This document shows, piece after piece, positions 18,601 through 28,130 of a stretch of 64,000 nt of DNA. The notes under the pieces are model-generated. The model searched no databases. It was not told the origin of the DNA and saw only the letters and a list, made by a program, of their open reading frames with translations. Position numbers and translations under genes: made by a program. Within the stretch, counting starts at the first letter, position 1, and each line of letters opens with the position of its first letter. This DNA is from a virus, in the IMG/VR virus record IMGVR_UViG_3300033067_001533. The stretch is one strand, 5' to 3'.

Positions 18601-19092
18601 TCCATCGAGTTTTCTTGAAACAAACCAAATATCATTATTAAGGTCGACCTTCTTTGCCATTTTCTCATCATAAGAATTTGCCAATGCAACGTCAAATGTT
18701 GGAATCAGTCCAGGAATCACCTTATTAATCATTGAAGTAGTCGATCTGGTTTTAAGGTTTCTATCAATGATATTAAAAATTAACTCCTCATAGTCCTTGT
18801 TTGCCTCTATAAAACCATTAACACAACTAATCGCAAGGTGCCCTGTAATAAATCGATCATTTAAATCATCAAGTAGTGTTGATAAATCTGAATAAGAATA
18901 TTTAACTAAATGTGAATTCTTTTTACAATTTTCTGAAGTAACTCCATATTGTTTAAAAGTATTGTAAGTGTAGTTAAGAGCCTTACATACTGATTCATTA
19001 TCTGCATACTTTTTAAGTATGTTTAATTTGTCAGTGTTTGAATTTGTCTGATTCGACGCATTAACAAAGTCTTGAATGTCTTGTAATTTCAT
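18283..19092 (-). CDS. N-terminal part of ATP-dependent DNA ligase (through KxDG adenylation motif I) fused to N-terminal split-intein fragment (IntN, ~105 aa)
   Basis: ...FVSRKLDG|CLHADTIIEFEDG...: catalytic-lysine motif KLDG followed by Cys1 and CLxxDT (block A); LTGNH (block B); ORF ends ~105 aa after Cys1, the length of known IntN fragments. Confidence 0.75.
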   Translation of the reverse strand: MKLQDIQDFVNASNQTNSNTDKLNILKKYADNESVCKALNYTYNTFKQYGVTSENCKKNSHLVKYSYSDLSTLLDDLNDRFITGHLAISCVNGFIEANKDYEELIFNIIDRNLKTRSTTSMINKVIPGLIPTFDVALANSYDEKMAKKVDLNNDIWFVSRKLDGCLHADTIIEFEDGTKISIKEVVDNKVEGKIKSYNINSNKIEFKTIKNWMVNLDDINENNSEWFEIELENGKKIKLTGNHRVWLPELRCWRRTDELNGDEKLLITI

Positions 19093-19099
19093 ATTGTTT

Positions 19100-19172
19100 T
19101 AATTTAGTATGTAAATATAACTATAAATCATGATATATTAAACCTTTACTTTAAAAAGTTATTAACAATTTT
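19100..19172 (-). promoter_or_regulatory. conserved promoter element (GTTATTAACA module) upstream of the ligase N-fragment gene
   Basis: tagtatgtaaatataactataaatcatgatatattaaacctttactttaaaaagttattaacaatttt. Confidence 0.45.
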
Positions 19173-19709
19173 AAGTATGTTGTGTAGATGACTATTTAAT
19201 GATATTGTTGTGGATTTCTTAACATTCCAAATCTGATAAACCTTAATGTGTTTAAATTTAAATATTTGAGGAAACACCATCAACCTTAAACGTATCCACA
19301 GGATGTTTAGAGACTTCCACCTGATTGATTTAGGTGATGTTGATGTGACAATCACTCCAAGTTTTTTGTCCTCTAAGAGACCCTTACCATCCTTAAATGC
19401 AAACCCATTAATAAAAACTTGGTCAATAAATCCTTCAACTAAAGGAGACAATGATAACCATCTGCTCGGTGAAATTATCCAAATATGTTGAGATGTTTTT
19501 ATCAAATGTCGATATGATTTTGCAAATGCATTATCATTTATTTTAGAAAGATCTCCAATAAAAAATGATGGATTATAACCATCTAAATATAGGTCAACCA
19601 CGTTAACCTGATGGCCATGTCGCTTATAGTTCTGTTGAATGGTTTTTACAAGCTTTGTGTTTTCAAAGGAGTTACGATCAGGATGTGCTATAACTATAAG
19701 ACAATTCAT
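19146..19709 (-). CDS. flavodoxin-like fold NAD(P)H-dependent oxidoreductase (NQO1/MdaB-like)
   Basis: N-terminus MNCLIVIAHPDRNSFENTKL resembles MKxLIVxAHPExxSFN of Flavodoxin_2 family. Confidence 0.45.
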   Translation of the reverse strand: MNCLIVIAHPDRNSFENTKLVKTIQQNYKRHGHQVNVVDLYLDGYNPSFFIGDLSKINDNAFAKSYRHLIKTSQHIWIISPSRWLSLSPLVEGFIDQVFINGFAFKDGKGLLEDKKLGVIVTSTSPKSIRWKSLNILWIRLRLMVFPQIFKFKHIKVYQIWNVKKSTTISLNSHLHNILKIVNNFLK

Positions 19710-19713
19710 TACT

Positions 19714-20046
19714 TTAAAAAAGTTTACTAAAAATATTTAAACAAAACATTTTAAATCTTCCTGGTTTATAACCCCATAACATATTTTCCTTTGTATCTAA
19801 GACCCAATCATATAATGGTGTACTTATATAAAATAAATCCCAATTAGTCCAATGTATCTTAGTTATTTCGACACCGTTTGGTAATCTAAATTCAATTGCT
19901 AAAAGTGAATATGGACGGTGGTCTTTAATTACCTCACAGAATGAAAATCCCCAGCAAGCATCACCATCATGTAAATAAACCTCAAGTAGATTAAACTTAA
20001 GGTTCCATTTTCGGGTGTTCCAACTTATTTTTTGCAATATTCCCAT
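19714..20046 (-). CDS. hypothetical protein
   Basis: ORF track. Confidence 0.4.
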   Translation of the reverse strand: MGILQKISWNTRKWNLKFNLLEVYLHDGDACWGFSFCEVIKDHRPYSLLAIEFRLPNGVEITKIHWTNWDLFYISTPLYDWVLDTKENMLWGYKPGRFKMFCLNIFSKLF

Positions 20047-20047
20047 T

Positions 20048-20728
20048 TTATGCCTTATAACATTGTCTAAGCAACATTACAACATCCATTGCATCTTCAA
20101 CAGCGTTGTGAGTTACAACACCATCGATTCCTGCACGTTTTTTACATTCATCAAGACTTGGAATCGATTCATCATTAATCCAATCAACAAATAGGATTCC
20201 TGGGTCTAATACTCTGCTACGAATTGAAAATACTTGTTTCCATCTAGGTAGTTTTTCTAAGAATTTCTTGTCAAATCCTGCAAAATTCTTACCTGCACAG
20301 TTTAAATAAACCTTTGGCATATTTGAGGTTAGTATTGGATATGGTTTACCGTTTACAATTTTAATTTGTTTATTTAAAAAGTCAGGGTCAACTGGAACCA
20401 ATCCATTATCATAACAAAATTGGAAAAGAGCTTCAACAACCTCATCTTCATGATAGAATTTAGCACCAAAAGATTCCTCAACCTCTTGTTTTAATTCTTC
20501 AGTTCTTGCTTCAGAATAATCCTTTATCGCTTGAATTAAATCCCTATTTAAGTTCAGTGCGAAGATACTTCCGTAAACACTTTCACGTTTAATAACAGCA
20601 TGAAACTTTGGTAACTCTTCAAATGGAAGGGGATTCAAAGTGTCTTCAATTACTGCTCCTATTGAAAGGATTTGATTAAAATCTACATCTAATCCGGTGG
20701 TCTCGACATCGATCGATATATATTTCAT
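20048..20728 (-). CDS. DEDDh 3'-5' exonuclease (oligoribonuclease/RNase T/DnaQ-like)
   Basis: Exo I motif ISIDVETTGLD near N-terminus; Exo III H-x4-D in THNAVEDAMD. Confidence 0.65.
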   Translation of the reverse strand: MKYISIDVETTGLDVDFNQILSIGAVIEDTLNPLPFEELPKFHAVIKRESVYGSIFALNLNRDLIQAIKDYSEARTEELKQEVEESFGAKFYHEDEVVEALFQFCYDNGLVPVDPDFLNKQIKIVNGKPYPILTSNMPKVYLNCAGKNFAGFDKKFLEKLPRWKQVFSIRSRVLDPGILFVDWINDESIPSLDECKKRAGIDGVVTHNAVEDAMDVVMLLRQCYKA

Positions 20729-20730
20729 GT

Positions 20731-20988
20731 TTATCTATTTTGTGGGTTCATTGCATGGTAATTAGCCAATACATATTTTTGTACTCTCCTAGATGCTTTT
20801 GAAGTTCCATTTAACATGGCTTCGTGTGCTTCTTTAAAAGACAAATTAACATATCTTAAATGTCTGTATAATTCTCGGTGAATTGGATATGGTTCGTTTG
20901 ACCATTCATTTCCATCCTCTGATATGTACATTCCTTGTACTTCTCTAATATCAGAAAAATCTGGTGCTGTTCCTGTATAAAATGCCAT
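20731..20988 (-). CDS. hypothetical protein
   Basis: ORF track. Confidence 0.4.
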   Translation of the reverse strand: MAFYTGTAPDFSDIREVQGMYISEDGNEWSNEPYPIHRELYRHLRYVNLSFKEAHEAMLNGTSKASRRVQKYVLANYHAMNPQNR

Positions 20989-21012
20989 AATTATTTTATT
21001 TTAAGTTATATC

Positions 21013-21372
21013 TTAAACCTTTGAAAAGTTTACAAATTCGGTTGCCTTCTTCGCATCATTAAATGTTTTTAATGCGCTGTTAAAAGATACCTTTCTGCCG
21101 CTTTTTGTGGTTAAGTGTTGAAATCCAGAATCTTCAAATCGATCATCAGTTCCCCATACCAAATAGTAGTGATAGCTAATTTCTCCTCTATTATTACGAG
21201 ATGTTTTAAACGACATTTCACCATAATTATGACGATATGTCGACTCGTATGGTTTTTTACTTGACTTTGTCAATGCAATTACCTTTGGTAAATCTTTACC
21301 ATTTTCAGTTCTTTGGAAGCTCATTAAAACTTCTACAATTCCTAAATCTTTGTGACTAATAAATCTTTCCAT
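21013..21372 (-). CDS. hypothetical protein
   Basis: ORF track. Confidence 0.4.
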   Translation of the reverse strand: MERFISHKDLGIVEVLMSFQRTENGKDLPKVIALTKSSKKPYESTYRHNYGEMSFKTSRNNRGEISYHYYLVWGTDDRFEDSGFQHLTTKSGRKVSFNSALKTFNDAKKATEFVNFSKV

Positions 21373-21593
21373 TATTCTTCTAGTTTTTCGTATTTATATT
21401 TACCTTTAATCAGTGAATTTAGTGAAATTCCTTGTGATTTGGCGTTTGCAAATTCTTGATAAACCTCTTCAGGTATCTCAGTGTATCGGTAAGTAGCATG
21501 CACAAAAACCACATAAAGGTTTTTAGACTCATATTCATATGTCGAAGCTTTAATTGTAGACGAATCATAAATATTTGTTTGTGATTTTATCAT
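21372..21593 (-). CDS. small protein, possibly KTSC-domain
   Basis: YVVFVHATYRYTEIPEEVYQEFANAKSQGISLNSLIKGKY resembles KTSC pattern; weak. Confidence 0.3.
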   Translation of the reverse strand: MIKSQTNIYDSSTIKASTYEYESKNLYVVFVHATYRYTEIPEEVYQEFANAKSQGISLNSLIKGKYKYEKLEE

Positions 21594-21807
21594 GCTTGTT
21601 CTGTTTTTTGTAAATGTTTTTCTTTTAACACTTTAACTAAATCTGTGTAGGTTTCTACTGCACTATTTGCATCAACACTTTTTGCCTTAATTAATTGTGA
21701 TGTTTTTACATCTCTAATCATAATAACGTCAACGTCTAATTCAATTGATAATCCTCCGATTATATTTTTCATGTTTATTTAGTTAAATTGTAAATATTAA
21801 GAAATTT

Positions 21808-22227
21808 TTATTGTTTGTCTAAATCTTTTTTAATTTGATTTAAAGATTTTTGAATGTTACTGGTAATATCCTTTTCCATTCTATTTCGCGTATCTTCCAT
21901 TTTATTGTCAAAGGCATCTAATGTTTTATTTAAGATTCTACCTCCAATTGGAATTGTATAACTATATACGTGATTAATAATTTGAATATAACTTGAACTA
22001 ATAATTACGAAAATTTCTTCACTATCTAATTTAATGTATCTCTTACCACTTAGTGGTGACATTAAAAGAACTGAACCTGGTTTTTCAATAAGTTTTTTGC
22101 AAATTAAATACGCTGCAGTTTGTTGACTATCAACCTCTCCTTTAAATGTTGAATCAAATGTTGATTTTCTCCAAATGTAAAATTTTTGTTTAAATCTCTT
22201 AATACGATGCTTTAAATTTACTTTCAT
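21808..22227 (-). CDS. hypothetical protein
   Basis: ORF track. Confidence 0.4.
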   Translation of the reverse strand: MKVNLKHRIKRFKQKFYIWRKSTFDSTFKGEVDSQQTAAYLICKKLIEKPGSVLLMSPLSGKRYIKLDSEEIFVIISSSYIQIINHVYSYTIPIGGRILNKTLDAFDNKMEDTRNRMEKDITSNIQKSLNQIKKDLDKQ

Positions 22228-22231
22228 TTTC

Positions 22232-22438
22232 TTAGATTTTAGTTAGTGGAATCCATTTACCCTCTTTTAATTTATGAGGTATGCCATTAATTGTTTTAAA
22301 TATACTATGTGGATTGATGTGATTTTCATCCAACTTTGCTCTACTTAGTGTATTTTCAAAATCTTCAGCAGTAGTTCTACGTCTTACAATTGAAGGGTCT
22401 ACTTTCTTTTTTCTGCGAGGTCCTGTATAATATGCCAT
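22232..22438 (-). CDS. hypothetical basic protein
   Basis: ORF track. Confidence 0.35.
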   Translation of the reverse strand: MAYYTGPRRKKKVDPSIVRRRTTAEDFENTLSRAKLDENHINPHSIFKTINGIPHKLKEGKWIPLTKI

Positions 22439-22472
22439 ATAGATGTTATATAAAAAATTAAACGATTGTTTC

Positions 22473-23117
22473 TTATTCGTGGTGGTCCTTAAATGTAAAC
22501 ATTGATTTGATAGGTTGCTTGTCTAGAATAGAAAGAACCTCGCGTAATTCAATTGGATTAAAATTATTTCCATCAACTCCAACATCCATCATTTTTCCAG
22601 GACCAACTCTTTTGCCCTTTGACAAGTGAACATGTCCATGCAAATGCTTAACACCTTGTCCCATGTCTTGCCAACTTGCAATTGGAAAGTGACATAGCAC
22701 AAATCTGTGTTTTTGGGCTGGTAGGTTTTTTGCCTTTGCCTGCTCAACAATTGTTAAGTAACACATATCATGCACACTTTTAAAAAGTCCTTTGACCCCT
22801 TCTTTATCATTTTTGATATGATGGTCATGGTTGCCTAAAATTAAGTGTACATTTTTACATACAATAAGATTTCTAAACTCTTCTATTTTTTCAAATCCAC
22901 CAAAACTCCAGTCACCTAGGTGAATCAAGATATCATCTTCTCCTACTGTATTGTTTATACCTTCAACAATTGAACTGTTCATCTGATGTAACGTGTTAAA
23001 CTCACGTGTACCTCTTGAACCATCCCATTCCGATATTCCTCTACAGATATTCGTATGATTATAATGTGTATCTGATGTAAAAAATACTCTTTGTCCTTTT
23101 TCTACTACGATTTTCAT
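22473..23117 (-). CDS. calcineurin-like metallophosphoesterase
   Basis: FFTSDTHYNH (DxH), LGDWSFGG (GD), ILGNHDHH (GNH[DE]) motifs. Confidence 0.65.
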   Translation of the reverse strand: MKIVVEKGQRVFFTSDTHYNHTNICRGISEWDGSRGTREFNTLHQMNSSIVEGINNTVGEDDILIHLGDWSFGGFEKIEEFRNLIVCKNVHLILGNHDHHIKNDKEGVKGLFKSVHDMCYLTIVEQAKAKNLPAQKHRFVLCHFPIASWQDMGQGVKHLHGHVHLSKGKRVGPGKMMDVGVDGNNFNPIELREVLSILDKQPIKSMFTFKDHHE

Positions 23118-23128
23118 TGTTCTTATTT

Positions 23129-23329
23129 TTAGTATAAACTTTCATGGGCTTTGATAGAGATAAATTCTCCATCTTCATTTAAAACGTCCAATTCATCATC
23201 TGTCATTTCGCGATCTTCATAATCTGCCGATTCAATATATGCATCACAAAAATCGGGGTAATCTTGCATATCTAAACCTCCGATTAAAACGTTACTAATT
23301 TTACTGTAATCTAATTTAATGTTTGCCAT
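23129..23329 (-). CDS. hypothetical acidic protein
   Basis: ORF track. Confidence 0.35.
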   Translation of the reverse strand: MANIKLDYSKISNVLIGGLDMQDYPDFCDAYIESADYEDREMTDDELDVLNEDGEFISIKAHESLY

Positions 23330-23341
23330 AATGTACTTATT

Positions 23342-23420
23342 TTAATTTGATATGTAAATATAACTATAATATTTGAACCATGAAAACTTTTTTACAATTA
23401 TTTTCAAAAGTTATTAACAG
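23342..23420 (-). promoter_or_regulatory. conserved promoter element (GTTATTAACAG module)
   Basis: ttgatatgtaaatataactataatatttgaaccatgaaaacttttttacaattattttcaaaagttattaacag. Confidence 0.5.
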
Positions 23421-23469
23421 AAAAAAGTCCCTTATAAGGGACTTTTGATATATTTTTATGTATGTTTTA

Positions 23470-24315
23470 TTATTTGATACCAATCATTGTATTCGATTTA
23501 TCTCCTAACATTGTTACTGGTAATTTACCATTCCATTTATTAATCCATTCAAGTTGAAGCAACATTGGGGTAATAGTTTGTTGTTTTAATCTATTTGCCT
23601 CGGCTTCAGCCTTTGCAGATGCCAACATTGCAGCAGCATTACCATTAGCCGTTGCGACTTTAATTTTTGCCTGTGCCTCTGCAGTTTTAACCTCATTCTC
23701 TGCTCTTAATGCTGATTGTACTGCATTGTTTTTAGCTTCAATAGATCTTTTAAAAGTTTCAGGATAAATTAAATTTGATGTAAATTGATTAATTACAAAT
23801 CCTTCTTTAAGTAATTGTCCCTCTAATAATCTTCGAACTTCTACCTCAAATACAGCACGGTTAGAAATTAATTCGTCTGCTGTATATTTATTAGTAGCTA
23901 AACGAAATGCGTCATATACTGCTGTCTTTAAGAAACCTTCTTCAATTTCTGGCAAAGATCTACGATATTTAGCGAAGATTGCAGGTACTTTTTCTGCTTT
24001 AACCGAATAGTTCATAATAGGTGAAACACTGAATTCAGAACCATCCTTGCTATTTACAATAAATGAATTATCTGCATCTGCTGTTTTCTTATATTCCTTA
24101 TGTTGAATATACGTTGGAAACTCATAAATTTTTGTGGAAATTGGATTATAAAATACAACTCCAGTACATGCAGTCACATCATCTACTCCTTTACCACTTC
24201 CATAAAGATTAACCTTTACACCCACATGTCCGGCATCAATACGTTCACATGAATTTACTAAAAAACTTAATACTCCTAATACAGCAAGAATTGCTAAAAT
24301 TGATTTAATTCTCAT
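23470..24315 (-). CDS. SPFH/Band-7 (prohibitin/HflK-like) membrane protein
   Basis: N-terminal TM, central SPFH-like region, C-terminal Ala-rich coiled coil KTAEAQAKIKVATANGNAAAMLASAKAEAEANRLKQQ. Confidence 0.65.
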   Translation of the reverse strand: MRIKSILAILAVLGVLSFLVNSCERIDAGHVGVKVNLYGSGKGVDDVTACTGVVFYNPISTKIYEFPTYIQHKEYKKTADADNSFIVNSKDGSEFSVSPIMNYSVKAEKVPAIFAKYRRSLPEIEEGFLKTAVYDAFRLATNKYTADELISNRAVFEVEVRRLLEGQLLKEGFVINQFTSNLIYPETFKRSIEAKNNAVQSALRAENEVKTAEAQAKIKVATANGNAAAMLASAKAEAEANRLKQQTITPMLLQLEWINKWNGKLPVTMLGDKSNTMIGIK

Positions 24316-24535
24316 TTTGATTTGATTTTGAATTGTTAAACATTGAATAAATTGCGTATCCTATAGCACCGATACATACTGTGTAAATAAAGAATCCTAC
24401 AAAAAATGAAACATCACTGGGATATGTCATTAAAAAATTTGCAAGGTCTATTGCCTTGATTGTAATAACTCCAATGATAAACCAAATGTAAAATTTGAGA
24501 AATTTGTCATAGAAGTCTTTTAGTTTTTCTTTCAT
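24305..24535 (-). CDS. small 2-TM membrane protein (NfeD-like partner of the SPFH protein?)
   Basis: Two hydrophobic helices; 11-nt overlap with the SPFH gene. Confidence 0.3.
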   Translation of the reverse strand: MKEKLKDFYDKFLKFYIWFIIGVITIKAIDLANFLMTYPSDVSFFVGFFIYTVCIGAIGYAIYSMFNNSKSNQNEN

Positions 24536-24547
24536 TAATTTATGTTT

Positions 24548-24625
24548 AAGATTATAGTGTAAATATAACTAAATATTTTGATGTGTAAAAATTTAAAATG
24601 TTAAATTTATGTTAAATTATAAAAA
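24548..24625 (-). promoter_or_regulatory. conserved promoter element (TTAAA/TTAACA-repeat module)
   Basis: attatagtgtaaatataactaaatattttgatgtgtaaaaatttaaaatgttaaatttatgttaaattat. Confidence 0.45.
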
Positions 24626-24735
24626 TTCTTCATTGTCAATTTCGATAATGTTTTTATCTTCTTTAGGCTGTGATTTATACAGATGGTAAAAAAGCCAACC
24701 CCATATACATATTGATGCCAATATAATAAAAATCC

Positions 24736-25371
24736 CTAATCCCACCATCGTTCGATATTTTCTTCCATTAATTTAAACAATAACTTATTGGCTCGGTTAT
24801 GATTAATTTGCCCAATGTTCATTGCAATGATTTGCTTGTCATCTTCTCTATTTTCTCTATTAAAAGGACCTTCGCCATTTATTACTCTTTTGTATATCAA
24901 TGGATATTTCTTAAAGAAATCATCAAAGTTCTCTTCTAATAAACGAGATTCCCATGAGCTATAACCCTCTTTTCCAGGTACATCTTCAAACCAATGTTTC
25001 GTTTTATGATAATCAAAGTACTCTGAACTGTAAAAATCATCTTGTACCTTTTTCATTAATCGAACACATGTCATCATGATTTCAGCATCTCTCTTGGCTC
25101 TCGTATGAATATCTCGCTCTCCAATATATTTAGACTGTGCCTTGATTTTATGCATCATAATTTCAAAGATGTAGTGAGAATCCCAATTACGATCTTTCCA
25201 AATGATAGGAAACCAATAAATTAAGTTCTTCATACCTGTTCTAAACATCTTATGATAATACTTACCTTCGTTGACCCACCATGTTGGGATAAATCTAAGC
25301 TTTCTTACAATCCAAGATTCTTTTTCTCGTTCTTCGGCCCATTGGTCGAATATGTCTTTTTCTGGTTCCAT
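24736..25371 (-). CDS. hypothetical protein (Trp-rich)
   Basis: ORF track. Confidence 0.4.
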   Translation of the reverse strand: MEPEKDIFDQWAEEREKESWIVRKLRFIPTWWVNEGKYYHKMFRTGMKNLIYWFPIIWKDRNWDSHYIFEIMMHKIKAQSKYIGERDIHTRAKRDAEIMMTCVRLMKKVQDDFYSSEYFDYHKTKHWFEDVPGKEGYSSWESRLLEENFDDFFKKYPLIYKRVINGEGPFNRENREDDKQIIAMNIGQINHNRANKLLFKLMEENIERWWD

Positions 25372-25376
25372 GCTAA

Positions 25377-26087
25377 TTATATAAATGTTATTTCGTTTGT
25401 TTCAGGGTTCCAATCAAATGTAACTGGTTTGTTTACATAATCATATCTTTCATTTAAAATACTTGCATTAAAGAAATGCGTGCCATTATGAAATTTATAA
25501 CCATAACTTCCATGTATATGTCCAAATACATGAATCTTTGGTGGTTGTGCATCTACCTTTTCTCTAAGCAATGCACAACCTAAATGTCCTTCATTATATG
25601 GAGGTCCGCTTACATCTAAATGGTCTTGCGGAGGTCCATGTGTAATAAGGATATCAGTATCTTCTGGAATTGCCTCCCATTTTGACATTAATCCGGGACC
25701 ACCCTTTGGTAAGTTAAACGCCCAATCATAAAACCAGGGTTGCCATGGGCTTCCATATATTTTAATCATGGTTTCATCGTTAAATTGGCCATCATCGCCT
25801 ATTTTAATCCATGAATCTTGTAAATATGTTATTAACTTATATGAGTTAACAATCGCCATTGCTCTTTCCGGAAAATCCTCAAACATATGGTCATGATTAC
25901 CTGCAATAAAAATTTTTGAATTGTAATTTTGTTCGTCAAACCACTTGCAAAAATCTTTAATATCTTCTAAATTTCTACCCGAATTCATAAGATCTCCGGC
26001 ATGGATTAATATATCTCCACCTGGTAAATCTCCGTCAAGTTCCCAATGTTTCGTATGAGTGTCAGATATTAAGGTAATTCTTTGCAT
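25377..26087 (-). CDS. calcineurin-like metallophosphoesterase
   Basis: LISDTHTKH (DxH), HAGDLMN (GD), IAGNHDH (GNHD) motifs. Confidence 0.65.
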   Translation of the reverse strand: MQRITLISDTHTKHWELDGDLPGGDILIHAGDLMNSGRNLEDIKDFCKWFDEQNYNSKIFIAGNHDHMFEDFPERAMAIVNSYKLITYLQDSWIKIGDDGQFNDETMIKIYGSPWQPWFYDWAFNLPKGGPGLMSKWEAIPEDTDILITHGPPQDHLDVSGPPYNEGHLGCALLREKVDAQPPKIHVFGHIHGSYGYKFHNGTHFFNASILNERYDYVNKPVTFDWNPETNEITFI

Positions 26088-26088
26088 T

Positions 26089-26565
26089 TTAATTTATATT
26101 TTTTAATTCGCTTCTTAATCGACCTATTGCTGCTTCCAATGTATTATAGACTGGAATGTTAAATCTACTACAAACAATATCTACATTTCCTTTACGATAA
26201 AAATCATCTGGGCAACATACAATCATTTTTTCTAGATTTGCATATAATCCAAGTTCTAATAGACTAATTGGACTCTTGGTTTCTGGTGAAAAGTACATGA
26301 AAATTAGGTCAGATTTATCAAGATGGTCTAATTCCCAATTAACTTGATAGTTAAATTCAGGGTTAGATTCCTTTTGTTCCCATGAACTGTCCCAATCATC
26401 TCTACGAGGATTAAAGAAAGTTAAATCGTTGCGATCTTTAAATAGCTGTGGAATCATTGCTTGCCAATCTTCGGCTTTTCCCATTTCGATAGAACCTGCT
26501 AAAAATATTTTAATACTTTTATCAGAATATACTCGGTTTTTTGGTTCTGGTTTAATTACTTCCAT
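26089..26565 (-). CDS. nucleoside 2-deoxyribosyltransferase-like protein
   Basis: KIFLAGSIEMG resembles the (Y/F)LAGP(F/L) N-terminal motif of the NDT/DNPH1 family; directly downstream of NAMPT. Confidence 0.4.
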   Translation of the reverse strand: MEVIKPEPKNRVYSDKSIKIFLAGSIEMGKAEDWQAMIPQLFKDRNDLTFFNPRRDDWDSSWEQKESNPEFNYQVNWELDHLDKSDLIFMYFSPETKSPISLLELGLYANLEKMIVCCPDDFYRKGNVDIVCSRFNIPVYNTLEAAIGRLRSELKNIN

Positions 26566-28031
26566 TATGCTTGCTTTAAACGTTCACGAATTTCAGTTAG
26601 GGTGGTTTGATTTTCAAATTGACCATTTATATAAATTGCCTGCAGTGCTCCTCCTGTTCCATTTTCAATGTCCCATTGCACTTTATCAAAAAGTTTAAAT
26701 GTACCATCTTCCATTTTCTTAACAAATAATAATCCAGTTGCTGATTTTTTAGTTCCATCATCAGTGATTGGATCTTTAAAGATTTCTCTTCCTTCACCGT
26801 TAACTTCTACATAGGTTGCTTTCATTGCAAATCCAAAAGTATCTCTTGTGTTAAATTGATATGTAAAACTTCCAATACCTAATACAACGTTAGTACTTGC
26901 GAAACCTTTGGCTTCTAATCTTCTACAAATCTCATCGGCTCTATCAATTGTGATTGAATCTCCATAGATAGCCCCGATGTGAGAGTCAAGAACTTTATAA
27001 CCTTGTTCGTTGATAGTTCCGCCAAATACATCCCAAAGTAATTCAATAACACCTTTTTCTTCTGGAGTTATAGATTTTCTTAAAGGATGCCATTTAGTAC
27101 CGCAAAGAATATCGACTGGGTCACCGCTATCAGGGCGAATAACCAATTTACCATCACGGGCTAAGATTTCTTCTTTAAGAGTTACAACATGTTCAGTACA
27201 AACTCTCCAAAGATCCCATGTGTCCGAGACTACGCTTAAAATTCCGGTTGGATAGGTATCTAATAATCTTCGGAATGTTTCTATCTCATCTTCTTTACCT
27301 CCAGCACACATTACAGAATGTTCAGTGGCATTGACAGAACCCGCAACAGCACCTTCAGCGCCATAGTACTTTCTTGCACCATAGATTGCTGGTAAACTAT
27401 CGGTTCCCATAAAACTTGTTAAGTGAGCAACCCCTGATGAGATTACAGCATCAACACTATCCATACCTCTCATTGAAAAATCATGTCCTTGCCAATCAAT
27501 AAACCAACCTTTTTCTGCATCTGTTTTTTCTTGCCATTTAGTTAATACCTTACGATATGTATGTGCAATTGTGGCAGAAGTCATTGGTTTCCATAATAGG
27601 TTAGAGATAATAGTCTCCAAGTAATTTGTAATCCAATAAAAATCTGGATGTGTATTGTAAATTGTCAAAACCGGTACCTTAATAGGCACTAAACTACCCT
27701 CTGGAAGTGCCTTAACGACAATTGGTAAATAACCTAAATCGTGTAGAGCTTCAAAGTGACTTACATCATAATCTGAACCTAAGTACATTGACAACTCTGC
27801 TTTCATTTCGCCGCAAACTTCAGCCTTTGGTTTACTAAAAAATTCATTAGCAAATGCTTCGTGAATTTGTTTGATTACCATTTGTTGGCCAAAAGAGACT
27901 AATTGGTCACACCCTTTAGGTGCATACTTGTTACTTCTTGGTGTGAAGTTTGAATAAACTAAAGTTGTTCCTTTAGGATATTGTTGGTGATGGCCACATT
28001 TATAGCCGTCAGTAAGAAATAATGGATTCAT
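26565..28031 (-). CDS. nadV: nicotinamide phosphoribosyltransferase (NAMPT/NadV family; a Namat-like alternative cannot be excluded)
   Basis: 488 aa; N-terminus NPLFLTDGYKCGHHQQYPKGT matches NAMPT N-terminal substrate-binding segment (…TDSYKVTHYKQYPP…). Confidence 0.8.
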   Translation of the reverse strand: MNPLFLTDGYKCGHHQQYPKGTTLVYSNFTPRSNKYAPKGCDQLVSFGQQMVIKQIHEAFANEFFSKPKAEVCGEMKAELSMYLGSDYDVSHFEALHDLGYLPIVVKALPEGSLVPIKVPVLTIYNTHPDFYWITNYLETIISNLLWKPMTSATIAHTYRKVLTKWQEKTDAEKGWFIDWQGHDFSMRGMDSVDAVISSGVAHLTSFMGTDSLPAIYGARKYYGAEGAVAGSVNATEHSVMCAGGKEDEIETFRRLLDTYPTGILSVVSDTWDLWRVCTEHVVTLKEEILARDGKLVIRPDSGDPVDILCGTKWHPLRKSITPEEKGVIELLWDVFGGTINEQGYKVLDSHIGAIYGDSITIDRADEICRRLEAKGFASTNVVLGIGSFTYQFNTRDTFGFAMKATYVEVNGEGREIFKDPITDDGTKKSATGLLFVKKMEDGTFKLFDKVQWDIENGTGGALQAIYINGQFENQTTLTEIRERLKQA

Positions 28032-28047
28032 AATTTGTTTGTTTTAA

Positions 28048-28130
28048 TTTTGATATGTAAATATAATCAATTTATTTTGATTCCGAAAACATTTTTTAAT
28101 TTATTTTCAAAAAGTTATTAGCAATTACCA
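28048..28130 (-). promoter_or_regulatory. conserved promoter element (GTTATTAGCA module) upstream of NAMPT
   Basis: ttgatatgtaaatataatcaatttattttgattccgaaaacattttttaatttattttcaaaaagttattagcaatt. Confidence 0.45.
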
